A stretch of DNA of 64,000 nt. Source: Candidatus Omnitrophota bacterium. GTDB lineage: Bacteria; Omnitrophota; Gorgyraeia; Zapsychrales; Fredricksoniimonadaceae. The stretch is from the NCBI GenBank assembly GCA_903908245.1, contig CAIVRE010000002.1, forward strand, positions 90,761 to 154,760, in the 5' to 3' direction. Below, piece after piece: positions 42,907-52,042 of this stretch. Positions within the stretch are counted from its first letter, which is position 1. Each line of letters begins with the position of its first letter. Below the pieces are notes generated by a model. The model was given only the letters and a program-made list of their open reading frames with translations. It did no database searches and was not told the origin of the DNA. The position numbers were made by a program, and so were the translations under genes.

Positions 42907-42976
42907 ATCTCCTTATACAAGCAGCGGGCGGACCTTGTGTCCGCCTTGCACCATTACACAAGAGCATACCATAGAA

Positions 42977-43042
42977 TTATGCACAAAAGAACAATATATT
43001 ATGCACAAGTTGACACGATATTATGCACAAATCGACACGGAT
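42977..43042. repeat. three tandem 22-bp iteron-like repeats, candidate operator
   Basis: TTATGCACAA begins at 42977, 42999 and 43021, an exact 22-bp period. The units read ttatgcacaaaagaacaatata, ttatgcacaagttgacacgata and ttatgcacaaatcgacacggat. They lie between the GT4 stop and the start of AAA paralog 3. A 7-bp hairpin, ggcggac-cttgt-gtccgcc, sits about 40 bp away. Confidence 0.6.
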
Positions 43043-44151
43043 CATGCCTCGTCATCTATTTTCAAAAAGACATCTGACATCATCTTGCCATAAACGCCCA
43101 GTGAATAACATTGCTCAAAGCGCGCCCGGTTGGCCTGGCCCATCTTCCGCCGGCGGCCTTCATCCGTAACCAGAGCGAGGACATTGGACGCCAATGCGCA
43201 GGCATCGCCTTTTGCGAACAAAAGCCCATGATCCGCATCGGGCAATATCTCGGGGATCGTGCCCTCTCTTGAGGCCACGATCGACACCCCCTCGGCCATG
43301 GCATGAAGAAGCACCAGCCCGAAAACGTCTCTCATCGTTGGAAAAATAAAAATATCCGCCGAACGGAATATCGCCGTCCGTTCACGGCTCTGATCGATAT
43401 AACCCAGATAACTCACCCTGCCCGGAAATTCTTTCTGCAGCGTTTCAAGGCGCACCGCAACAGCATCATCCTCGATCGGCCCGGCGAAAGTCAGGCGGAC
43501 ATCCCTGTGCCCTTTAAGGATCAATGGCACCGCATCAAATGCCACAAAAATACCCTTATCCCGGCTTAAATGCGAAAAATAAAGGATATTAACACCGCCC
43601 ACAGCCCGCTGATCGCCTAAAACAACCGACTTTGTATCTTCCGCCGTGCCTGGGACAACAAAGAGTTTCCCCGGCGCCATCAGCCCGTCATAACGCGGCT
43701 TCACAGCCTCGCCCATAACAATGCTCGCGGCCGCGTGTTTGAGCATCCATCGTAACATCGCCTGCTGCCACCCGGGCAAAGCATCGTAAAGCTCACGCAC
43801 ATACTGGCCATGATCATGGATCACAACCTTTTTACCCAAAAGGATCCCTGTGGCACAAAACAAAAAATCTTTCAGGAAAGGCATCTTGTAAAAACTGATA
43901 TTGTAGAGGACATACTGCGGACGATGCAACGCCAGCCGCCAAAGGTACTGGCTAAAATACTTCACCAATTTAAAAAGCTTTCCGCCGGTAACCTTCTTGT
44001 TTGTCTCATAAGACCAGAAATGCATGTCCAGGAATATAACGTCAAGGGCTTCGACGAAGGACGAGCGCATGAGCATTTCATAAAGCATGCTGTGACCGAA
44101 ATACGGCGGCGGAAGGACTCCGCAAACAAGAACGCGCACTCTTGGACTCAT
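43042..44151 (-). CDS. GT4-family glycosyltransferase
   Basis: 369 aa. C-terminal GT4 signature FPTMRDVFGLVLLHAMAEGVSIVASREGTIPEIL. Confidence 0.85.
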   Translation of the reverse strand: MSPRVRVLVCGVLPPPYFGHSMLYEMLMRSSFVEALDVIFLDMHFWSYETNKKVTGGKLFKLVKYFSQYLWRLALHRPQYVLYNISFYKMPFLKDFLFCATGILLGKKVVIHDHGQYVRELYDALPGWQQAMLRWMLKHAAASIVMGEAVKPRYDGLMAPGKLFVVPGTAEDTKSVVLGDQRAVGGVNILYFSHLSRDKGIFVAFDAVPLILKGHRDVRLTFAGPIEDDAVAVRLETLQKEFPGRVSYLGYIDQSRERTAIFRSADIFIFPTMRDVFGLVLLHAMAEGVSIVASREGTIPEILPDADHGLLFAKGDACALASNVLALVTDEGRRRKMGQANRARFEQCYSLGVYGKMMSDVFLKIDDEA

Positions 44152-44185
44152 TTTAACGCCTTCTCCATCAAAAGAACATTATGAA

Positions 44186-44208
44186 ACCACGGTATTTTTG
44201 CAGCAGGC
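44186..44208. promoter_or_regulatory. perfect 23-bp palindrome, candidate operator upstream of the GT4 gene
   Basis: TTTTGCAGCAGGCTGCTGCAAAA is an 11+1+11 perfect dyad, sitting in the 125-bp intergenic region upstream of the ATG at 44151. No U-tract follows on either strand, so it is not a terminator. Confidence 0.5.
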
Positions 44209-44276
44209 TGCTGCAAAATCAGAGTCAGATCTTGCGACTTCCTTATTTCGCTCATATCGGATACCTTAAACTCATT

Positions 44277-46298
44277 TTATCGACTCGCTCCAACAACTGA
44301 GTAAAGCTCCCAGCCGGTATCGGGCGTGGTCAGGACATGGACAGGGAAATAACGCATCAGCGCAACCCTAAGCGAAGGCCCATTCTCCCGAAGCATTCCC
44401 GGATTAATAAGAATATACTTCCCTTCCCCGCACCAGGGATCGCTGGAATCAAAATTCTTGATATGTATCCGCCCGTCGAAGATGGCATGTAAGACACCGC
44501 TATAAGTGACAACATAAACAAGCGGCCGCGCGTCTCTATCCAAAAAGAAACGATTGAGCGTCCGCACTTCCTGAAAGGTCGGAAGGTTTTGCTCCCTGTT
44601 ATCTTCTCTGTTCTTCACAAATTCAGCTGCGGCATGATACCGCTGTTCAGACGTTATTAAAAACAACCCCCAATAACGCTTTTCAAACCACCACACCTGA
44701 AACAATAAAGAAAGCATCAGGCTGATAATAACCCATACGCGCACAAGCTTCTGTATACCCGAGCGAACACGATCAGAAGAAGGCACCTCCATGTCGGCCA
44801 TCAATGCCATGGCCAGGATCATCAACGTGCTTGAAGCAAGGAACACGCGGCTGTAATGCAATCCCAAACTCCAGGACACCAGCTGAAATATAAATAACCC
44901 TGCGATCAGATCAAGGGCTTTGTTCGAACCGCGAAAGAAGGGCCAAAAGAAAACCCCCAAGATAAACGGGAACGGCCATCCCATTGACGTTGTTCGCATA
45001 GCAGCCATCGGCAGGCAATTCAAAAACGGCAAGGCCTTGGCCAGCAACTCCAAACCGACACCCAAGGCAAAAACCAGGTAAACCTGCAGGACAACCGGCG
45101 GAAAGCCCACAATATTCCAGTTTGCCCTGAACCATTCCATGGTAAAAGTAGAAACATAAGTCCCGTTCTGGAACGGCCAAAAAGGTTTGGTAGGATAAAT
45201 AGGATTGCCATAGATCACAATATTCGCCCAGCATCCAGACGCGGATATGAACATCAAAAAACAGAACAACGCAAAGACAACTGCAAATGCCGCCCAAGGG
45301 CGCCGAAGAAACTTGTTCAAAAAGAACCACCCGCAGCCAGCGCACAACACCATGACAATGATCCCTGAAAACCGATTCCCGAACGCGAACGCCGCACCGG
45401 CCAAGGCAAAGACGGACAAATAAGCCGCGGCCCGCAACGATCCTTGCGACTCCGTATCCTTCCAATAGATCACGAACGCCATCGCAACCGCCAATAACGC
45501 CGCCAGTTCAAACATCATCACAACCGCATCAACCTTTGTTGATACTGCCAGATAAGATAACTCGGGGATAGACAAAAAACCGGCGACAGCCGTCAGCGAC
45601 CAGAAACGACGCGCGCCAACAAGCCTCAAAAAAGAAAAGACACCAAATCCGCAGAACACAAAATTCAACAAACGGGCAAAACGCACCAGCCAGGTATCAT
45701 TGACCAGGCCATAAAGCATGGCATCCCAGCTTTGTACCATGAAAGAACTTCCATAACACTGCGGGCCTTTTTCATGCAACATGTCCTGCAATGTCCGCCC
45801 TGACGACATAAGCTTTGAGAAATACCCATACGCCACGATCTCATCCCGGTCCGACCACGGGATCGTCACCCGGTAAAAGTACATTGCCAACACCAAGGCA
45901 ATGAACAAAAGAACGAACTTTTCTGCCCGACTCAACCGAACGGTCAGACGCTTCCTGAACTGCCCAAAATCCGCAAGAACAGGCCACGCCCATATCAGCG
46001 CAACAAGACCCAACACCCCGTTGACGGCCTGGCAATAAGCCCAAGGCAAACTGCTCGTAAAACCCCACACAGGGACCATCGACATTACGCCACAACTCAG
46101 CGCCCATGCCAGGAAACATAAGAACAAAGACGCATAAAATACCCCGTTCTTCTGAGTGCCGGCATAAAGCCTTAAAGGCTTACCTACAGCATCATTGATC
46201 ACTTTCAGCGTGGCTAAATAAAAACCCGCCAAAGCGAAAATAACGGAAAACCATCCCAACATGAACACTCTCCCAATATCAAAATTTACGGGCGACAA
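44277..46298 (-). CDS. large polytopic membrane protein, unknown family (possible polymerase/GT-C)
   Basis: 673 aa with about 14 or more hydrophobic helices across the whole length. Confidence 0.5.
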   Translation of the reverse strand: MSPVNFDIGRVFMLGWFSVIFALAGFYLATLKVINDAVGKPLRLYAGTQKNGVFYASLFLCFLAWALSCGVMSMVPVWGFTSSLPWAYCQAVNGVLGLVALIWAWPVLADFGQFRKRLTVRLSRAEKFVLLFIALVLAMYFYRVTIPWSDRDEIVAYGYFSKLMSSGRTLQDMLHEKGPQCYGSSFMVQSWDAMLYGLVNDTWLVRFARLLNFVFCGFGVFSFLRLVGARRFWSLTAVAGFLSIPELSYLAVSTKVDAVVMMFELAALLAVAMAFVIYWKDTESQGSLRAAAYLSVFALAGAAFAFGNRFSGIIVMVLCAGCGWFFLNKFLRRPWAAFAVVFALFCFLMFISASGCWANIVIYGNPIYPTKPFWPFQNGTYVSTFTMEWFRANWNIVGFPPVVLQVYLVFALGVGLELLAKALPFLNCLPMAAMRTTSMGWPFPFILGVFFWPFFRGSNKALDLIAGLFIFQLVSWSLGLHYSRVFLASSTLMILAMALMADMEVPSSDRVRSGIQKLVRVWVIISLMLSLLFQVWWFEKRYWGLFLITSEQRYHAAAEFVKNREDNREQNLPTFQEVRTLNRFFLDRDARPLVYVVTYSGVLHAIFDGRIHIKNFDSSDPWCGEGKYILINPGMLRENGPSLRVALMRYFPVHVLTTPDTGWELYSVVGASR

Positions 46299-47943
46299 TG
46301 ATCGTTTGCGTCAAAAACACAGGCCAAACAACCTCCCGGTAAAGGATCTCTCCGTGCCGGTCGACCAAACGCACAACCTCTTCGGCTCTTAACGGACGCT
46401 CGTCATTGAAGATCCAAAGCCCGAGCAACACCGACCAGAACCGGGTAAAATGATAAAGCCACGTCGATGTGGGGAATGTCAACAACACATGGCCGCCCGA
46501 CTTTACCACATCAAAATGCGACTTCACCGCCGCCATCGTCCCTTCAGGCGAGAAATGTTCTATCAACCCGGCACTGAAAGCAATATCCATCCCACCGGGC
46601 ATATCCAGGTTCAGGATGTCCTTGTTATATAAACGAACATTGCCCACGCCTTGCACTCTTTGGCGTAACTTTTCCAATCCTGTCTCGTTATTATCCACAA
46701 TGTGATACTCTCCAGGCCGTATCTCTTTGAGGATCCCATCTAAAAAACAACTATTAGCCCCGCCCAACTCCATAAGTTTCGATCCACGCCCTTCATCCTT
46801 TACATACGTCTTGATATTGCCCAGAATACGTTGTTCCATGATCTTGCGGGTCATCCTGGCCGAAGCAAAAGGTTTTTGATAATAAAGGTCCCAATCCGTC
46901 TTTTCATAACGATTGTCCGATACAAAAATAAAGTCGCGCTGGATCAGGAAATTCAAAAGGAAAAGGCCCATCTCAACAATGATCTTGGCCAGGAAAACAT
47001 TGAAACCAAAGCCCTGCACCAAGACCATAATGGCCGCACAGGAAATGCCCCCCAACAAAAGAACAAGAAGAAAATATTTGCTTAAAACCCGGTAATCTTT
47101 CTCTGTCGAATAAAAAACCCTGGTCTTGATCAGCCGGTAATTCACCGCCATGGCTGAAACACGGGATACCGCGATACTTAACGCAACCTGGGAACACACG
47201 CCATACACCAGCATAAAAACGATAAGATCGATCAGTGCGGTAAGGACAGAGACAAGAAAGAACCTGAAGAAAACAAACCCTATCTTCATGGAATCAAGGA
47301 CAGGATTAAAACGGGATCGTAAAGTGATATCACTGACCAAGGCGATCGAAACACGCCTGACGGGAATATTGTTGTATTTACACAACAAAATAAGATCCAT
47401 ATCGAATTCATAATAATTGGACCGGATCTTTAAACATAACGGGATGAACGACCGCGGGATAGCCCTCATGCCCGTTGTAACATCCTGCAGATCAGCCCCA
47501 GTGAACGCCCTGAACAAAAAACCAGGGACAACGCCCAAACCTCCCGACAAAGAAGGTTTGTTTTCCAAAGGCCGGCCCACTCCCTGAACAAGGCTATTCG
47601 GCGACATTTCCAGTTCACGCGCCAAAGCCAAGGCATCTTCAAAGCGATGCTGTCCGTTGGCGTGCATTACGACAGCCCCCGCGTGCCCCGGATGCTGGCA
47701 ATAAACATAATTAAGGCCCGCCTTGATCGCCGCGCCTTTGCCTGAATTTACCGCGTGTTTTAAAACTGTCAGCCTGGAGTTCTTTGCAAACGGGGAGAGC
47801 ATGTCGTCATAAATACTGCCGGACCCATCATCCACCACAACAACCGCGGCGATATCCGACTTTAGCAAGGAATCCAGAAGAGAAAAAAACCGTTCCCGGT
47901 GGGGTAAATTATAAAACGGGATCACGACAGAAACATTTAACAT
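46279..47943 (-). CDS. tri-domain fusion: GT2 glycosyltransferase, GtrA-like 4-TM module and class I SAM methyltransferase
   Basis: N-terminus VVIPFYNLPHRERF...VVVVDDGSGS (GT2). The middle has 4 TM helices ending AMAVNYRLIKTRVF (GtrA N-x-x-N-R-x-x-F-type motif). C-terminus LMELGGANSCFLDGI...LYNKDILNLD...AFSAGLIEHFSPEG (methyltransferase motifs I to III). Confidence 0.7.
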   Translation of the reverse strand: MLNVSVVIPFYNLPHRERFFSLLDSLLKSDIAAVVVVDDGSGSIYDDMLSPFAKNSRLTVLKHAVNSGKGAAIKAGLNYVYCQHPGHAGAVVMHANGQHRFEDALALARELEMSPNSLVQGVGRPLENKPSLSGGLGVVPGFLFRAFTGADLQDVTTGMRAIPRSFIPLCLKIRSNYYEFDMDLILLCKYNNIPVRRVSIALVSDITLRSRFNPVLDSMKIGFVFFRFFLVSVLTALIDLIVFMLVYGVCSQVALSIAVSRVSAMAVNYRLIKTRVFYSTEKDYRVLSKYFLLVLLLGGISCAAIMVLVQGFGFNVFLAKIIVEMGLFLLNFLIQRDFIFVSDNRYEKTDWDLYYQKPFASARMTRKIMEQRILGNIKTYVKDEGRGSKLMELGGANSCFLDGILKEIRPGEYHIVDNNETGLEKLRQRVQGVGNVRLYNKDILNLDMPGGMDIAFSAGLIEHFSPEGTMAAVKSHFDVVKSGGHVLLTFPTSTWLYHFTRFWSVLLGLWIFNDERPLRAEEVVRLVDRHGEILYREVVWPVFLTQTIIVARKF

Positions 47944-49514
47944 TGCTCGCCTTTATTACGCGCGCTCAATTGATGGGAATACGCCCAGGCAACACCAAAC
48001 ACAGCCCAGAACGGGACTGCATTATAGGGTAATTCCAAAATGACCCCGAACTGCGCATTCACGATCCAGAAGATCAAAACACTCACCAACAACCCGCCTT
48101 GCCAGGAACGCGCCCGCAAGAAAGCCTGCACCATCCTGACAAGAGAGAAAACAAGGAAACCGATCATAGCCACTCCAACGATCCCGCCACGGTATATAAA
48201 ATACAAGAACGAATTATGCGGCATGATCCACCCATCCCTGGACCACTCTCCGTATGCGATTCGCGCTATCTCGATCGAGGTCGATCTAAGCGGCTTACCA
48301 AAACTGAAGCCAAACAAAGGCCGTTCTTGCAACAATTCCTTAAGCATATCCCGCCAAATAAATAACCGGAATACCGCGTTACCATAAGCAGGAGCTAATG
48401 CACGCAATGACCGGGGTGAATGCTTCTGAACATCAGGCGTTTCATTTTGACAAACCTTTTCACAAGAAGGCTCTCCTGAAGGGGTTATTACAAGCTTAGG
48501 AGAAGACATCTGATGTGAGGATTGCGTCATATCAGGAGCACTGGCCAGGGGAACAGGCTCACACTCTACTTCTTTTAACGGAGCTACCACCGAAACGGCT
48601 ACTGGAGGAACCAACAAAGCGTCCCCCGGCTGTTCTTCTTTGTGGTAGATCTGCGCCTGCAGCTTTAGAGGAACAAAACTATTTCTTTGTCGTTTAATAA
48701 TCTGATCATTTTCGCGATATGAATTAATGATACGCCCTGGCGTGATCATCGAGGTCGCCGCATTGCGATCTCCCCATATCCATAAACTCATGCCAAAAAG
48801 TATCCCTATGATCGAAATAAGAAGCAACTGCCGTAATAAAGAAAACCCCATAATCCTGGTGGCGTACCAGACAAGGAAAACAATGCCGGCAACAACGCCC
48901 AACAGACACCCACGCCCGTTATTTAATGTCACAAACCGGAACAAAAAAAGACAAACAAAGAATCCAACAAACCCCCACCGTAACCCACCATGAGATATAC
49001 CGAATGCAACACATAACGCCAGGATAAGAAAAATATACTGCAAGCTCACGTTCGGGAACACAACGAATATCACAGCAAGAAAAATAGCACTGAACAAACC
49101 CAACCCTTTGTGATAACCGATCTTCACCTTCCCCAAAAAGTGCTCCACAAGGATCGCAAAAACCGGATAATAAAACAACGCCGCATTGCGCAGCGCATAC
49201 GGTCCTCCGCTTATATACCCTTGCGCAGTCTTAACCATCACCCAGGTAAAATAAACCAAAACCCACAAACGCCAACCGCGCTCTGCGCGCCAGTCAACAG
49301 GATCAATAAAAAGATGCGCGATCAAAACGATCACACAAAAGATCATCAGCAGTTCGCCGACAAAGACAGGAAAATCAAGGAAAGACAACTGAACACTGAT
49401 CTCCGCGAAACGGGAACCGGCCACGGCATAAAGCAAAGTCACTAATGCCACCAGCCCAAGGCATAAATAACTTGATACCCTGATGAACATTGAAGATCTT
49501 TGCGTCATGCCCAA
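47937..49514 (-). CDS. O-antigen ligase / polymerase (Wzy_C)-family membrane protein with a long hydrophilic insert
   Basis: 525 aa. EWSRDGWIMPHNSFLYFIYRGGIVGVAMIGF matches the Wzy_C motif pair S-R-x-x-W and H-N-x-x-L...G-x-x-G. A hydrophilic insert of about 110 aa is rich in Pro, Ser and Glu. Confidence 0.6.
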   Translation of the reverse strand: MGMTQRSSMFIRVSSYLCLGLVALVTLLYAVAGSRFAEISVQLSFLDFPVFVGELLMIFCVIVLIAHLFIDPVDWRAERGWRLWVLVYFTWVMVKTAQGYISGGPYALRNAALFYYPVFAILVEHFLGKVKIGYHKGLGLFSAIFLAVIFVVFPNVSLQYIFLILALCVAFGISHGGLRWGFVGFFVCLFLFRFVTLNNGRGCLLGVVAGIVFLVWYATRIMGFSLLRQLLLISIIGILFGMSLWIWGDRNAATSMITPGRIINSYRENDQIIKRQRNSFVPLKLQAQIYHKEEQPGDALLVPPVAVSVVAPLKEVECEPVPLASAPDMTQSSHQMSSPKLVITPSGEPSCEKVCQNETPDVQKHSPRSLRALAPAYGNAVFRLFIWRDMLKELLQERPLFGFSFGKPLRSTSIEIARIAYGEWSRDGWIMPHNSFLYFIYRGGIVGVAMIGFLVFSLVRMVQAFLRARSWQGGLLVSVLIFWIVNAQFGVILELPYNAVPFWAVFGVAWAYSHQLSARNKGEQC

Positions 49515-50308
49515 TAAGCTCCATGAACAAGCTTCAATAAAGAACGCTCAACACGCGCGATCACCATAAAACAATAACGAAAGGATGCCCGCAATGATCC
49601 GGGCAAACCACGCAAGAACCGATCGTGCTCAAGCAAGGCCCGCTCCATTTCTTCTTTCTGACGCCCGGACTGTTTCTGACTTTTAGCATCCGTATGCCAT
49701 CGAAAATCCGCAAGCATCTCCGTAATGTGTTGAAACCGATAACCCCGCAAAGCAAGCCGGAGAAAAAGATCATAATCCATCGCATAATGATAACCGATGT
49801 CGAGAAAATTACCATCATCGAATACCCGGCGCTTGAAAAAAGTCGTTGTGCTGGGAATATATAGAATATGCAAATATTTCAGCATGAACATATCAAAGGC
49901 GAGCTCTTTACGCAAACGAATAAGCCTGCCCTTAAGATCAACAAGCCGGTAATCCCCATAAACAACATCAGCCTCGCCATATTCGTTGAATGCCAGCGAA
50001 ACCTTCCCAAAACACCCGGGAAGATACTTGTCATCCGCGTTCAACCAACCGACAATATCCCCCGTAGCCGCCTTGAACCCTTTATTAAGCGCGTCGCTCT
50101 GCCCCTGATCCGGCTCACAAATGACCTTCAAGTGCGGATAGCGGGCCAGCACTGAAGCTGTCGTATCCGTCGAACAATTATCCACAATAATATGCTCAAG
50201 ATCCGAATATCCTTGAGACAACACACTCTTTATCGCTTCTTCAATGAATATTCCCTGGTTAAACGAGGGGGTAACGATAGAGATCTTTAAAGAAGACAGT
50301 ACCGGCAT
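49505..50308 (-). CDS. GT2-family glycosyltransferase
   Basis: SIVTPSFNQGIFIEEAIKSVLSQGYSDLEHIIVDNCSTDTT...LNADDKY has a GT2 N-terminus and the DXD motif. Confidence 0.85.
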   Translation of the reverse strand: MPVLSSLKISIVTPSFNQGIFIEEAIKSVLSQGYSDLEHIIVDNCSTDTTASVLARYPHLKVICEPDQGQSDALNKGFKAATGDIVGWLNADDKYLPGCFGKVSLAFNEYGEADVVYGDYRLVDLKGRLIRLRKELAFDMFMLKYLHILYIPSTTTFFKRRVFDDGNFLDIGYHYAMDYDLFLRLALRGYRFQHITEMLADFRWHTDAKSQKQSGRQKEEMERALLEHDRFLRGLPGSLRASFRYCFMVIARVERSLLKLVHGAYWA

Positions 50309-50312
50309 AAAT

Positions 50313-51266
50313 TCAACTGACTCGCTGATAACGGATCAACTTCTTCACAAAAGCCTTACAGCTCTTTTGAAAAGGGTATAAGAGACGCATCATATCCGAA
50401 GAGGCCTTCCCCATGAACGACCCACCCGTATAATAATGGGGCATATATCCTTTTGCGTCACCCTGAAAATGCAAAGCATGCGCCCGAATAGTCACGCCAT
50501 CACGGCCGCTTTTGAACAACAAGGGTTTTCTATTCGCGAATCTTACCTTCTTCATCCCGTCTGTCACTGTATATTCATCCGGCTCGTACGCCGACGCCGA
50601 ATTAATATTGTTATTAAAAACACTGCCTTCACGATCCACGGCCAGATTTAAAACACTCGAAATATTCTCCCGACAGAAAAGATACAGAACCGTCATGTCG
50701 CAGATCCCGCCAGACATTCCTGTCGCCATATAATCTTTCCAGAAACCCTTTAATTTATTTAAATACTTCGGGATGGAATAACATTGAAGGATAAAGTCAC
50801 AAAACTTCTCCAGCCATTCCCGCGTCCAAAAACTTATATGAGCAGACGCTGCGCCAGACTCCTCCTGCTGCCGTGGAATAAAGCAAGCACACCCGCGCTT
50901 GTCCCGGCCATAAACCCCCATGATCTCCGGCATTGAACTGTACAACAACACATCGGAATCGAGGCACATAACGGATCGAACACCCTCGGACCTCATGTAC
51001 TCCAATAAATAAAACCATCTTAGAAAACAAACCGACTCAAACTCTTCCGAAAGAGTGCTCATATGAACATACGCCTGTTGGAACCTTGCCGCATCAGCAC
51101 CGCTCAACTTGTCCAGAGCAGCATATCCGATACCCTCATATCCACCGGAATCTCCCAATAAAACCACATCCGAATCAGGGCTACTATGCTTAGCCTGATA
51201 TAAAGCGTAAGGCAAATACCAGCTGCGGCCCCGATGAACAAATACAATTTTTGTGTCCAGATCCAT
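50313..51266 (-). CDS. putative GT-A-type nucleotide-sugar transferase with DXD motif (uncharacterised family)
   Basis: 317 aa, soluble, with VMCLDSDVLLY as a D-x-D motif in context. No closer family assignment. Confidence 0.4.
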   Translation of the reverse strand: MDLDTKIVFVHRGRSWYLPYALYQAKHSSPDSDVVLLGDSGGYEGIGYAALDKLSGADAARFQQAYVHMSTLSEEFESVCFLRWFYLLEYMRSEGVRSVMCLDSDVLLYSSMPEIMGVYGRDKRGCACFIPRQQEESGAASAHISFWTREWLEKFCDFILQCYSIPKYLNKLKGFWKDYMATGMSGGICDMTVLYLFCRENISSVLNLAVDREGSVFNNNINSASAYEPDEYTVTDGMKKVRFANRKPLLFKSGRDGVTIRAHALHFQGDAKGYMPHYYTGGSFMGKASSDMMRLLYPFQKSCKAFVKKLIRYQRVS

Positions 51267-51268
51267 TC

Positions 51269-52015
51269 TTACCCCTTAAAAATAAGACAAGTGCTACTCC
51301 AAAACTGGATGGATAATATATCCCCTTGCCGATGATCCATATCAGAAATGATCTTCTTAAAAAATTCATCCATATCCAGACGGTCATTATCCAAAGTCTC
51401 ATCCGCAGGATTGTACTTCATACCAGGCCAAACCTCCCGAACATTGCCCTGATCCAATGGAAAATAAGAACACCCCAGATCTTCTATAATGTACACGCCC
51501 CCTTTTTTCAAATGCTTGAACAAACAATCAAAACTTTTGATCATATGCTTGTTAACATGGCTTCCATCGTCAAGGATAATATCAAATCCGCCGGATTTCT
51601 TCGCCAACCCCTCCAAGACTGCCGCATCTGCCTGGCTTCCGATCTCTATACATATCCTGTTTTCCTCGAACTGCTTCGTTCCCGGATCAATATCAAGGCC
51701 ATAAATATTACTCCCGGGAAAATATCGTTTCCACATTCTCAGAGACTCACCGCGAAAAACCCCGATCTCCAGCATACTTATTGGCTTCCCCCTGAAAGGG
51801 GCCAAACACTTTGCGTACACATCCAGATAACTGACACCTTTGTACGAATGGTTTTCGTCACCCTTATCCGTTTCATAAATCCGGCCAAGCATCTGTAAAT
51901 TGCCTGAGAAAGGCAATGACAAGACAACCTCATATAAACCCCTGAGGACCTTGATCTGCCCGGGTGTTAATTTTCTTTTTAACAACTCGCGAAAACTTTC
52001 TTTCTCACTTTTCAT
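51269..52015 (-). CDS. class I SAM-dependent methyltransferase (CmcI/TylF-like, Methyltransf_24-type)
   Basis: MLEIGVFRGESLRMWKRYFPGSNIYGLDIDPG...IILDDGSH resembles the macrocin-O-methyltransferase/CmcI family. Confidence 0.65.
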   Translation of the reverse strand: MKSEKESFRELLKRKLTPGQIKVLRGLYEVVLSLPFSGNLQMLGRIYETDKGDENHSYKGVSYLDVYAKCLAPFRGKPISMLEIGVFRGESLRMWKRYFPGSNIYGLDIDPGTKQFEENRICIEIGSQADAAVLEGLAKKSGGFDIILDDGSHVNKHMIKSFDCLFKHLKKGGVYIIEDLGCSYFPLDQGNVREVWPGMKYNPADETLDNDRLDMDEFFKKIISDMDHRQGDILSIQFWSSTCLIFKG

Positions 52016-52042
52016 AATCCGGCACCCTCTCTCTTTTCATTT

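Noticed and set aside
44186-44208. The 23-bp palindrome as a rho-independent terminator
   Set aside because: The stem itself ends in A/T runs. No U-tract follows on either strand, and it lies upstream of a gene start. Better explained as an operator.
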